Positions 1 to 13,424 are shown, counted from the first letter of the stretch. The stretch is DNA of 64,000 nt from Dictyostelium discoideum (GCA_000004695.1 CM000153.2:5216001-5280000); one strand, 5' to 3'. The notes: a model not told the origin generated them from the sequence alone. Made by a program: numbers and translations.

Positions 1-8
1 ATTTTTAG

Positions 9-371
9 AAAGTAAATGGTATTGCAGTAAATGATGAAAAAGGACATATTATTGCAAATATTAGTGCAAGAGATTTAAAAGAATTGTTAAATGAAACTAG
101 AGTATTTGAAAATTTATACCTTTCAGTTGGTGAATTCATTTCAAAAGTTCGTCAACAAGATTACAAAGCTGTTAATCCTTCAATTTCTTGTCATATGAAT
201 GATTCTTTGGCTAATATTATCACAAGAATGGTTGCTGCTAATATTCATCGTGTCTACATTATAGATGAAGAAAGAAAACCAATTGGTGTTATTAGCATTC
301 ATGATATCTTAAACATAATTTTAGAGAATATTAACAATAATGTTCCTCCAACAAATAAACCAATGCAATAA
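9..371 (+). CDS. CBS-pair domain protein (AMPK gamma/SNF4-like), C-terminal exon; the 5' part lies outside the window
   Basis: The frame is open from a ttttag acceptor at 3-8 to the TAA at 369-371. The translation (NGIAVNDEKGHIIANISARDLKELL...HRVYIIDEERKPIGVISIHDILNII) resembles the last two CBS motifs of AMPK gamma subunits. The track ORF 84..371 is the tail of this exon; its leading M is a TTG start. Confidence 0.55.
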   Translation, partial: KVNGIAVNDEKGHIIANISARDLKELLNETRVFENLYLSVGEFISKVRQQDYKAVNPSISCHMNDSLANIITRMVAANIHRVYIIDEERKPIGVISIHDILNIILENINNNVPPTNKPMQ

Positions 372-604
372 AAAATTAATTAAATTTTAAAAAAAAAAAA
401 AAAAATAAAATTAAACATATATTTTATTTTTTATTTATTTTTAAAATACAAATAAATAGAGGGGGGTATTTTTTAATTTACTTTCCACCAAAATTTGAAT
501 TTTTTTTATTTAAGGAAATTGGAAAGCACTACAAATAAATTTAAGCAAATTATTATTATTATTATTTTTTTTTTTTTTTTTTTTTATTTAAATAAATTAT
601 TTTA

Positions 605-2805
605 TTAAAAGTTTTCTTTATGAAATATTAAATGACAATTATTTTTACCATTAAATTTATTACAATTTTTAATGATATTTTTACCTAATGCTTTATTACC
701 ACAATAGAATACACCAATTTTCTCTCTTTGATGAAGTTGAGTTAATTGATTAAAGATTGAACGAAAATTTGGTCTACCAAATAAAGTTTTTGAATGTAAA
801 TTTGTAATGTGACATTTTTGAGCATTTTTAATTTTTGCATAATCATCAAGTTCTAAAGCACCTGTTAAAAATATATGAATTTCCAAGATACTATCGATTC
901 TTTCATCATTTTCCAATTCTGCTAAAATATCAGTAAACCATTGAAATGAATTCTTTTGTCTACTAATCCAAATGAAATAAATTTTATTAATTTTTAAATG
1001 ATTTTCATCAGCATTGGTTTGTTTATCATTTTGATTTTTAAGGTGTCTTAAAATACTTGAAAATGGTGTAACACCAATACCAGCACCAATTAATACTAAA
1101 TTACGATATTTGAAAAAGTTTTCAGCTGGTGCACCAAATGGACCATCAATTTTCAAAATTCTACGTTTACCCCTATTTTGGGTGGATTTAAGGTCCTCTT
1201 GAATCAAACCTAATTTATTATCAGGATTAAGTAATTTAAATAATTTTCTAGTCCAATTACCAACAATATTAATATGCACTGATATGAATGGATCATCAGG
1301 TGCCGATGTTATTGTGAATGGATGCCACTCATGGTATGCAATGGATGGACAATTTAAATAAAGATATTGACCTGGTTTAAAATTAAAATTATCATTATCT
1401 CTTTTCATTCTAAGTTCTAATACTTTACTTGGATGCATAATTGCTTTCTCTAGAATTACCCTCTTTTTACTTCTAGCAATTCTAATTAACCTTTCAATTG
1501 AATATAAAATGAATGGTGCAATTATCCACATCCATGATTGTGGATCTTTTTTTAAAATTTTTGAATATCCATGAAAACATAATAAAATATAAAATGGTAT
1601 AAATAAATGATGAACATACCAAAATATTTCAAACATTGGTCTTCTAATTCTCCACATTGATGATGAAACAATTAATATTAATATTAACAACATTATATGA
1701 CCAGTAATACCTGGTACTGATTTAAAAAATAAATATTTTTCATCTGGAAAATTATTAATATTAATATTTAAATAATCACCTGCAACACTTTTACCATCAT
1801 CAATTTTTAAAACATCATCATTAATTTTTTTAAAACTAATATAATGACCAACACTAATAAAAAAAAAAATTAATTAATATGTAAAATAAAGAGAGAAGGT
1901 TGGGGAGTGGTAGTTTGTATGATAGAAAACCCTCCTTTTTTTAATAAAAAAACTTACCAATGAATAATTGTACAACAAAAAAGCATAAATGCACATAATT
2001 TATGGAAATTTAAATGCTTATCAATTGGTATATAATTATTAACGATTGTACCTCTTAACCATGATAGGAAATTACGCAAAACTGGTAATAAAATAACAGC
2101 AGAATTTAAATTAATTAATCTAGCAGCAGTTCTTGAAAAACAAAATGATAATCCTAAAAATTTAAAAATATCACTATGATACATATTATAAAACATATGT
2201 ACACCAACACCAATATTTAATGCAATATAAAATAGCATAATATATGTTGAAATACCTCTATGCCACCACCAACCACGAATTTTAATAAAAATTTTTGATT
2301 TAAAAATTTTACTTCTTAATCCAATTTTTTCATTTTTATTATTATTGGTATTATTATTATTATTGGTATTATTATTATTATCGGTGTTTGAATTAACTTG
2401 ATCATTTGATTCAATATCAACCTTATCTAATTTTACAATATTTTCTTGTGATAAACTTATTGGAAGTGAAAGATTATTTTTACTATGAATTAAATTATTG
2501 GTGTTTTTATAAATTTTTGGAGTTTGAATGGTTGGCGGAATTGGAATATTTTCAATATCTAAATTTTGTAATTCCTCTTGCATTGAAACAAATGGTTTAT
2601 TTGGAGTTATATTTAAACTTTCATTTTCATTATTACTATTATCATTTTGAGAAATTGGTGGTGAACTTATACCACTTTCGGAAGTTTCATTACCAGTTGA
2701 ACTAATTTCTCCATTTGGTTCTTGTAATTTTTCTAATTGTTGATTTTTTGGTGTTTGAAATTCTTGTAATTCTAATTCTTGTTGTAATTCTTTTTTTTCA
2801 TTCAT
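605..2805 (-). CDS. noxB: NADPH oxidase, gp91phox/NOX2 homologue: ferric-reductase transmembrane domain, FAD-binding HPFT motif, NADPH-binding domain, C-terminal ...FHKENF
   Basis: Two exons, join(605..1853, 1958..2805) on the minus strand. A 104-bp intron has donor GTAAGT at 1957 and acceptor at 1854. Exon 1 ends ...CCTIIH and exon 2 continues VGHYISF...GITGHIMLLILILIV...FEIFWYVHHLF, which matches the NOX2 helix III-V region. The first track M (2826) is a TTG. From the first real ATG (2805, MNEKKEL) the product is 698 aa, which matches my recollection of NoxB length. Its N-terminal 200 aa are low-complexity. Confidence 0.8.
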
Positions 2806-3423
2806 AATTTTGGTTTTATTAAACAATAAAAAGTATTTTTAAAAATAAAAAAAAAAAAAAAAAATTTATTTATAGACCAAGAAAAAAAAAAAAATTAAAA
2901 AAAAAAAATAAAAAAATAAAATAAAATTAAATAAATTAAATAAAATTAAATAAAAAAAAAAAGAATTTAATTAAATTTAAAAATAAAATTGTCAAATATG
3001 TCAAATTGTGACTAGATATTAATTTTTTTGTTATATTAGGGTCTTAAAGTCTGTTTTTTCTTTGATCCACTTCGCTATTTTTGTTTTTTTTTCAAATAAA
3101 AAAACACTTAACCCCCATAAAGCCTCCGCAAAAAAAAAAAAAAAAAAAAAAAAACAAAAAAAAAAAACAAAAACGGTGTGGATGGGGAAAAATAATTTGA
3201 TAATCACTTGTCCCCTTTTAAAATATAGCAACGGATTCTAATATTATAATCTAAGAATTTATTTTTTTTTTATTTTTTTTTTTTTTTTTTTTAGAATTAG
3301 TTAATAATAAATTTTATTTGAAAAAAAAAAAAAAAATTTAATTGAATTGTTTTATTTTATTTTTTTATTTTTTTATTTAATAATAATAATTAATTTTTTA
3401 TTACTTTTAATTTTTTTATTTAT

Positions 3424-5109
3424 TTATTTAAATAATGGAATAAGGTCATACCTTTTATATTTTTTAACAAAAATAAAGTGGTTGAAATTTGAACTAAAGA
3501 AAGGATATAAAATTTGTATTACCTCAAAATTATAATATTTAATTAATTTGGAAGTTTCACTTTTCTCTAAAGAAAATGGTTTAAACTTTGTTGTTGTTGT
3601 TGTTGAATATTTAGAAAGTAAATTTAAAGCTGGATAAACATTACCTTCTTTTATCATTTGAAGGATATTAATCTCTTCATCTTCAACTAAGGTTTTAGTA
3701 TCAATCTTTAAAGATTGATAATTAATTATTAAAGGTCTTTGTAAATAATTTAAATAATTATTTAAAGGTTTTAATAGTTGTGGTTGTTGTTGTGGTGGTT
3801 GTTGTTGATATTTTTTAAACTCTGCAAGTGGATCAAAAGAGCTTGGATATATTTTAGAATCTAATAATATTTGAAACATTGATTTCATTTTAGTTTGATT
3901 TTGAATTCTCCAAACACCTTCAAATAGTAAATAATATTCATTTAATTGGTTATTTAATAGATTTGCATTATTGGAATAAGTTGGTTGTAGGAAAATTGAT
4001 AGAGCTTCTTGATTCTCATTTAATATTACTTTTTTAATATTACCAATGTGTGCTAATAATCCATCTTTTAAAAACATTTCAATTGATTGTAAATCATTTA
4101 AATCTATACAAATATTATAAATTCTAAATGATAATAAAACATTGGTACTGTTGATATCACTATTATTACATTTCGATATAAATGATTTATAATCAATATT
4201 ATTCTTTAAATAAATTTTAAATAAAGAAAGGTATTTCATATTCATTTGATCATCATCTTTTTCTAATGATTTAATAAAATAATTTATAATATTTCGAATA
4301 GTTGATGCATTTGGTGATGGTAAATTATTATTATTATTATTAATAATAAGATATTCTAAAGATTTAAAACATTTATTGTCAATTGCAATTTGATAAAAAT
4401 TTTGACTATTTTTTAAAAGTTGAAGTGGGTGAACTTTATGATTATGTAATGATAATAGTAATTCTAAATAATTTATATCTTTTTCTGTTTTTGAATATTT
4501 TAAAAAATGATTTATTATTATGAATGGATCTGATTCTTGGATGGATTTTAATGACATTTGGTATTGTTTATTTGATAAGAAATAAATTATTGGTGTGCAA
4601 TTTGTAATTGAATTACTTGATAATACATTTAAAATGAATTGCGTTGAATTTGAAAATTGGATTTCTTTTGATTTCTTTTCAAACAATAATTCGAATAAAG
4701 AAATATCATCACAATAATTAAAAAATAATAATAAATCTTTTCTTTTTAATCTTAAAAATTCAAGATTTTCTTGATTTTCTTCTTGATTTTCTTCTTGATT
4801 TTCTTCTTCTTCTTGATTTTCTTCTTGATTTTCTTTTTCTAATTTTTCTACTTTTTTTTTACTATTTCCATTATTATTATCATCAAAACAAATACAATTT
4901 AATTTATATCTTAATAAAGACCATTGTTTCTTTTTTGAAAGTTTACCAATATTATTCATAAATTTAAATGGAGTTCTATTACCCAAATATCTATTTTCTT
5001 GATTTTCAAATATTATAACCATTGTTTTTAAATGGTAAAATATTAAATTTCTAATAAATACATTATGATAAACTCTCCAAAATAAAATTTCTTTTTCTTT
5101 GTTTTTCAT
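3424..5109 (-). CDS. hypothetical protein (561 aa) with an N-terminal EILFWRVYHNV motif; paralogue of the gene at 56697..59219
   Basis: Single ORF starting at the ATG at 5109. It contains an acidic EENQ repeat and N runs. Its N-terminus is shared with the ORF at 56697..59219 (EILFWKVYRNVV, GNR..F, LL.YKL). Confidence 0.55.
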   Translation of the reverse strand: MKNKEKEILFWRVYHNVFIRNLIFYHLKTMVIIFENQENRYLGNRTPFKFMNNIGKLSKKKQWSLLRYKLNCICFDDNNNGNSKKKVEKLEKENQEENQEEEENQEENQEENQENLEFLRLKRKDLLLFFNYCDDISLFELLFEKKSKEIQFSNSTQFILNVLSSNSITNCTPIIYFLSNKQYQMSLKSIQESDPFIIINHFLKYSKTEKDINYLELLLSLHNHKVHPLQLLKNSQNFYQIAIDNKCFKSLEYLIINNNNNNLPSPNASTIRNIINYFIKSLEKDDDQMNMKYLSLFKIYLKNNIDYKSFISKCNNSDINSTNVLLSFRIYNICIDLNDLQSIEMFLKDGLLAHIGNIKKVILNENQEALSIFLQPTYSNNANLLNNQLNEYYLLFEGVWRIQNQTKMKSMFQILLDSKIYPSSFDPLAEFKKYQQQPPQQQPQLLKPLNNYLNYLQRPLIINYQSLKIDTKTLVEDEEINILQMIKEGNVYPALNLLSKYSTTTTTKFKPFSLEKSETSKLIKYYNFEVIQILYPFFSSNFNHFIFVKKYKRYDLIPLFK

Positions 5110-5228
5110 AATTTATAAAAAATAAAAAAAATAAATTAAAAAAATAAATTAAAAAATTAAAAAAAAAAAAAATAAAAATAAAAATAAAAAAAAAAAAAAA
5201 TTTTTATTATTAAAAAAAACACCACTAA

Positions 5229-7369
<2,141 letters not shown>

Positions 7370-7613
7370 CTAACTACACAAAATTGAATCAAATTGTACA
7401 ATGAATAAGTACACATATTTAAAAAGAATAAACTTTTTTTTTATATTAATTATCAACACTTTTATTAAAAGGTATCAAAATGAAATAACTCTATTCTTTT
7501 TCTTTCTTTTCTTCTTCTTCAAATATTAAAGAACAGAGAGAGAATAAGAAATAAAAATTAAATAAATAAATTTATTATTTATTAATTTAACAAAAATAAT
7601 TATTTTTTATTTG

Positions 7614-8203
7614 TTAAATTGAATTTATTAAATATTCTTTTAATTGATCTAATTGTGAATTTGAATCTAAAATATTATTTAAAACAGTTTTTGTTCTTTC
7701 AATTGCAATTGAGATACCTTCTTCATTGTATTTCATACCTAAAAGATTATTTGAGAGTACTTCAATCATTGTTGGATTAAGTGAGTCACTATAAATCTTT
7801 ACTTTATCAATTATACTTTTTGTAACATTCATATTGATATCAACTGTGCCCCAATCGAATCTTTTTTCAAATTGATGTTCAAATTCTGGTGAATTACCAT
7901 ATCTCCAGTCCCATTTTTGAAGGGTTTCATAAGTTTCCTTTAATGATGGTATTCTCTCTAAATCTGAAACTGTCAATTCCTCTACCTCTACATTATCATT
8001 TCCATACATTTTACAAAATTCTTTAATTACACTATCACAAACCATTTCATGATTCATTGTTGGTAATATAGTTTTCATATTTAATACTCTTGATATGACA
8101 CTTGTAATACCTTTACTCTATTTTTTTACAAAGGGTGACAGGGTGAGGGGGACAGGGGACAGGGTGGGATAATATTAATATTAATATTAATATTAATATT
8201 AAT

Positions 8204-8249
<46 letters not shown>

Positions 8250-8928
8250 TAATTACCTTTAATTTATCTTTATTTGGATTTAAATATTTTTGAAGTGAAT
8301 CTAAATTTACATTGATCATAATTGTACCATGATGAAATGAACGAGGACCAGATTGTTTATAAGCTGAACCTGATACTTTTTTACCTTGAACAATGATATC
8401 ATTTCTACCAGATGCTTCAATTGGTCCTGAAATACCAATTGACGATAGGGAATTAATTATGATATTTGTATTTCTATCTTTACTATAATCAGCAGTTGGT
8501 GATAAAAATGTGAAATTAGTGTTACCTAAATCATGATAAACAGCACCACCACCACTATATCTTCTTGCTAATACAACATTATCCTCTTCCATTCTTTGAA
8601 GATGACATTCTTTATATGGATTTTGATATCTACCAATAACAACTGTTGGTGAATTTCTCCATAAATATAATGTTTGTTTATTTAAATCAAATTCTTTAAA
8701 TAACCAATCTTCTGTTGCAATATTAAATAATGCATTATTAGTTGTTGATTTATAAATTTTAATTGATTTCTTTCCATTATTTTCTTTATTTCCGATGGTT
8801 GTTGTGGTTGTTGTGGTTGTGGTTGAGTAATATCTATTTAAATTATTAACAATTTTTGTAAAATTAAAATTGTTATTACTATTTTTAAATAATAATAATG
8901 GTGACACCACTCCTTTTATTGATATCAT
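7614..8928 (-). CDS. lipoate-protein ligase / lipoyltransferase (LplA/LIPT1 family)
   Basis: join(7614..8117, 8257..8928) on the minus strand. A 139-bp phase-0 intron has donor GTAATT at 8256 and acceptor atag at 8118. The LplA hallmark RRYSGGGAVYHDLGN is present. The N-terminus resembles a mitochondrial presequence. Total about 391 aa. Confidence 0.75.
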
Positions 8929-9370
8929 TTTGTTTTTTCTTTTTGTTTTTAATTTTACAAAATGATCATTTTTTTTATTTTTTTTATTTTTTTCATTTTT
9001 TTTTCAAAACGATTAAAAAATAATAAAAAAAAAAAATACAAATAAAATTTTAAAAAAAAAATAAAAAAATATCTTGAAAAAAAACACTATAAATTATGTG
9101 TCAAAGAAAAAAAAAATTCTAATTCTTTTAAAATATTTTTATTTTTTTTTTTTTTTATAAATATTTAAATTTTTGATTTAATTTAAAATTATTTTTATTT
9201 TATAATTATCTAAATTATTTTAATTCAATTAAATAAAAAAAAAAAATCAGGTAAAAACGAGAAAAAAAAAAAAAAAAAAAAAAAAAAAACTTTTTGTTTT
9301 TTGTTTTTTATTTTTATTTTTATTTTTTTTTTTCATTCGTTTATATATATATAAATAAAAAAAGTTTAAA

Positions 9371-10538
9371 ATGATATCAAGAGTTTTAAAAAAAGGTTTC
9401 ATTAATAATAATAATAATATAGATAAGAATTTAAAATTATTTATAAATAGAAGTTATTGTAGTGGTTCACAAAATAATAATAATAATAATAATGGAATAT
9501 CAACAGAAATTAATGATTTACCAATTTATTTTCATAGAGATTTACAATCAAATAAAGATATTTTCATGATTGGTAGTGTTCATACATCAAGAGATAGTGC
9601 AACTCAAGTTCAAAAGTTTATAAGAGATGTTAAACCAGATGCTTTAGTATTAGAATTGGATGATTCAAGATTCAATAAAATTCGTAATGATATTCATAAT
9701 AAAGATTTAAGTACTTATAAAACACAATCAAATGAAGATGATTCATTTTTACAAATGTTATTTGGAAACCTTTTTGGAGGTCAATCATCTCCATTTGCTG
9801 GAGTATTAATTGTATGTGTTTATTTAAATATATATATTAAATTAATTTTTTTATTTATTTATTCAAATAATTCTTACACATTATTTTAATTTATAGAAAA
9901 ATTTTAAAAAATTTCAAAATACAATGAAAACATTTGGATTAATTCCAGGATTAGAATTTTATTTTGCAATTAAAGAAGCGGAGAATTTAGGTTGTGAAAT
10001 TATATTAGGTGATGTTGATTCAAATATTACAATCAATAAATTATTACATGCAGCTCCAAGTGAATTTTTCTCGAAATCTAATGGTATTTCACCAGATATG
10101 GAAAGACTTAATCAATTAATGTCACCTTTAGTTCATATAATGATGAAAGATGGTGCAACAGAGAAAGAGATTGAAGTTGAATATAAAAGAATATTAAATA
10201 ATAAAACTTTGAATGAAGTAAGATCAATCTTTGAAAAAGAGTTACCAAAAACTTATGAAGCATTATGTATTGGTAGAGAACGTCATATTACTCGTTCCAT
10301 AAAACAATCGAAGGCAAATACAATCGTTGTTGTCGTTGGTGCACTTCATGTTGATGGTATTAAAAAATTATTAAATTTACCTTTAAATGATATTCCTAAA
10401 TCATTACCACCACCTCCAAAATCATCAATCCAAGGTTTACTTGGTGCTTTTGGTTTAGGTGGTGGTGGTAGTGGTGGTATTAACGGTGGTTTTGGTAATA
10501 TGATGAAAGGATTGTTGGGTAATAATAACAATAAATAA
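9371..10538 (+). CDS. TraB-family (TraB/PrgY-like) protein
   Basis: join(9371..9811, 9897..10538). The intron has GTATGT at 9812 and ttatag ending 9896 (phase 0). Motifs GSVHTSRDSA...PDALVLELDDSR and VVVGALHVDGI are typical of the TraB family. It has a Gly-rich C-terminus. About 360 aa. Confidence 0.65.
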
Positions 10539-10816
10539 AATAAATTAATTAATCAATTTTGATTGATTCTGTGCAAACTATAAATATTTTTTTATTTTAT
10601 TTTTCCATTATCATCTTTTTTATATTTGAATATTAATTATCTTCTTCCATTTTTTTTTTTTTTTTTTTTTGTATTGATTAAAAAGTGTTTAGACTTACAC
10701 TTAAGATATTAATTATAGGAGAGATCTAGATTTAGAAATAACAGATGTTTATAATGTTTATAATCTTTCATGTTGAGTGCAGTTTTGTTTAAGAAATGGT
10801 GGGCCTAGTTAATCAA

Positions 10817-10826
10817 GAATCGAACC
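10817..10826 (-). promoter_or_regulatory. extra B box (GGTTCGATTC) downstream of the tRNA gene
   Basis: A B-box-like GGTTCGATTC lies about 33 nt 3' of the tRNA on the same strand. This arrangement is typical of Dictyostelium tRNA genes. Confidence 0.4.
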
Positions 10827-10858
10827 TTGGTTCTATGGGTATTTTTTTAAAAAGTCAT

Positions 10859-10941
10859 TGCAAGAGGCGAGATTCGAACTCGCGAACCGAATGGATGAGA
10901 TCTTAAGTCACACGGATTTAACCAGACTTTCCTACCCTTGC
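10859..10941 (-). tRNA. tRNA-Leu (anticodon UAA), type II, 83 nt
   Basis: The minus strand reads GCAAGGGTAGGAAAGTCTGGTTAAATCCGTGTGACTTAAGATCTCATCCATTCGGTTCGCGAGTTCGAATCTCGCCTCTTGCA. It has a 7-bp acceptor stem (one G-U), the GG of the D loop, the anticodon loop CTTAAGA, a long variable arm and the T arm GCGAG-TTCGAAT-CTCGC. There is one U-U mismatch in the anticodon stem. Confidence 0.7.
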
Positions 10942-11446
10942 TTTGGATGAATCATAATTTTTATTAGCAAAACTCGTTGGTTTGAATTGAAATAAATGAA
11001 GTTTGTCAAAGCAGAAGAAAATGTTAAAACAGATAAAAGGAAAATGATAAATAAGGTAATGATAACTCAAGTGATGAAAAAATTACTTTAAAAGAGAATG
11101 AAGATTATGTTATCAATCAAGAACAAGACAAAGAAGAAATCATGGTTACTCGAGATGTGGAAAATGAAGATTTAGAATTCATATGACGGTAAAGAAGATG
11201 GAGTTTATTATGAAATGGAAGATGGTGATGAAGAGGATGAGGAATTTAAATAATTATGTAAAAAATTATGTTTTAATTCAAAAATGTGATTCAAAAAAAA
11301 AGCATAATTTCAATTCAATTTGAGTTTAACTTAATTTTTTTTATTTATTGCAATTTTTTTTTTTTTGTTTTTTATATTTTCTATTGTTTTTATATATTTT
11401 AAAATTTAATATTTCAGGAATTTTCCAAAGATGGATAGTAAAAATA

Positions 11447-11876
11447 TTAAACAGTATTGCAAGTCAAAACAGTTGAGCCTTTGTTTGTTAAGGTTAATTC
11501 AAATCCTCCAAAACTACGGTCATATTCGGCAAAGTCATTAAATGTATCCTGTTCAGCTGGTGAGACACCGGCTTGCATTTGAATTGTACCAACACCACCC
11601 CCATCAACTTCACAATTAACAACTGTTGGTTTTGTAGCCCATGTTGGCTAAAAATATATAAAAAAATAAAAAAATAAAAAAAATAATTAATAAAAGGTTA
11701 GGATTTTAAAATGAAATAAATATATTATAAAATTTAATAAAATTTACAATTGATCCTTGAGATTGTCCTGGTTGTAAAGTCCATGGTCTAAATAATAATA
11801 ATAATTTTAGGTTATTTATTAGATACAATATCAATTAAAAATGAAAATTTTTTTTATCTTTATATTACCCAGCCAT
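11447..11876 (-). CDS. small hypothetical protein (about 82 aa), 3 exons, absent from the ORF track
   Basis: join(11447..11647, 11748..11787, 11869..11876) on the minus strand, reading ATGGCTGG|gtaata...tatttag|ACCATGGACTTTACAACCAGGACAATCTCAAGGATCAATT|gtaaat...ttttag|CCAACATGG.... The product is MAGPWTLQPGQSQGSIPTWATKPTVVNCEVDGGGVGTIQMQAGVSPAEQDTFNDFAEYDRSFGGFELTLTNKGSTVLTCNTV. Confidence 0.4.
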
Positions 11877-12613
11877 TTTTTATTTAATTTTTTAATTTAT
11901 TTAGAAAATTAAGATGTAAGAAAATTATAATTATTTAATTTTTAATTATTTAATAAAAAAAAAAAAAAAAAATTAATTTAAATACTTTTTTTTTTTTGAG
12001 AAAAAAAAAATAATCAAGATTAAAATAAATAATTAAAATTCAAACAATCTTCTTTTTTTATGTGCATTATAAGAAAGGATTATTTTTTATTGTGATTTTG
12101 ATAAGTAAGTTGGTTCTTCTCTTAAAAACAAAAAATAGAAAAGAGGTTTTTTTTTTAATTTTTCTCCACAAAATATTAAAAAAAAAAAAAAAATTTAATT
12201 TTTAACCCAAAACACTTTTCAAATTAGATTTTTTTTTGGTGAATTTGGCAATTAAAATAAAAATAAAAACTGATTGTAAACGTGTTGTTTAAATTGACTT
12301 TTACTCCTCTTTTTTTATGAAAAAAAAAAATCTTTTTTTTTATTAATATTATTAAATAAATAATTCCAATTTTTTATGGGAATTAATTTATTGTGGTTAT
12401 TTTGTAAATATGGTAAAAATCATTTTTATGTTTTTTTTTTTTGTTTTTTTTTTGATTAGGTGTCTCTTAATTATTCAAAAGTTTTTTTTTTTTTTTAAAA
12501 AAAAGGAATTATTTGAAATGATAATTTTTTGTAATAAATATTCACTTAAAAAAAAAGTTTTTTGGACAATCTTTATTATAATATACTAATAAATCCTTGT
12601 TTTTAGGTTTTAG

Positions 12614-12644
<31 letters not shown>

Positions 12645-12720
12645 GTTTAGATTAAAAAATTTCAAAAATAAAGGAATTAAATGTTTTAAAAATTAAATTA
12701 AATTTATTTATTTATTATTT

Positions 12721-12730
12721 GTTTGTTTTT

Positions 12731-12777
<47 letters not shown>

Positions 12778-12790
12778 TTATTTATTATTT
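12721..12790. repeat. (TTTA)n microsatellite
   Basis: About 14 tandem tttatttattta units. Confidence 0.9.
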
Positions 12791-12842
12791 AATGAAATTT
12801 CGTTTATTTATTTTTTTAATGAAATTTTATTTATCTCTATTT

Positions 12843-12925
12843 CAATGAAATTTCAAACAAAGATATAAACAAATATAAATAAATATATTTTTGTTTATTT
12901 CTTTGTTTGAAATTTCGTTGAATAT
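12843..12925. repeat. inverted repeat / potential hairpin
   Basis: gaaatttcaaacaaagatataaacaaatataaataaatatatttttgtttatttctttgtttgaaatttc is nearly self-complementary over about 80 nt. Confidence 0.6.
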
Positions 12926-13091
12926 TATTTTTAAATGGATCTAATTAAATGACTATGTACAAGGCCAAACGGCTGAAAGGGCTAATTGCAAGGTTTTTTT
13001 TAAAAAAAAAGAACTTCATAGGCTTATAACAAGGTTTTCTTATAAACAAAAATTAAAAAAACAAAAAAACCATTAAATTAATGGGGCAGAT

Positions 13092-13424
13092 TGTTGAACA
13101 TTAACACAATAATTTAACATTTATAATATAAAAATAAATATATAATAAGTTGATGTTTTATCGATAATCCTAAAATTTATTATGCATGTTTTTTTATTGC
13201 TGAAAATTTTTACTTTTTATATTTGAGATTAAAAATTATGTTTATGAGTTTTTAAATCGACATTAAAAACTCACCACGTGGCTTTTTCCCACCTAGGTGA
13301 GAAAAGTCTAATTATATAAACATAAATTATTTTAGTTTGTGAGCGAGATTGTATCTAATTTAATATCTTGATAAAACATAATTTTATTGTAACAATTTAA
13401 TTATTACATAATTATATTACAACA
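13092..13424 (-). repeat. 3' LTR of the element (333 bp)
   Basis: Aligns to 14384..14801 with TG...CA termini. Confidence 0.8.

Noticed and set aside
2406-2705. Plus-strand ORF 2406..2705. Similar short ORFs: 3031..3231, 3347..3535, 5225..5449, 6876..7079, 10346..10531, 56026..56298
   Set aside because: They are antisense or overlapping frames of confirmed genes, or A/T-homopolymer translations (poly-F/K/I). They have no independent support.
8165-8200. Tandem (TTAATA)6 and other short tandem repeats considered as possible CRISPR-like arrays
   Set aside because: They are perfect microsatellites with no spacers, in a spliceosomal-intron-containing eukaryotic locus. They are not CRISPR.
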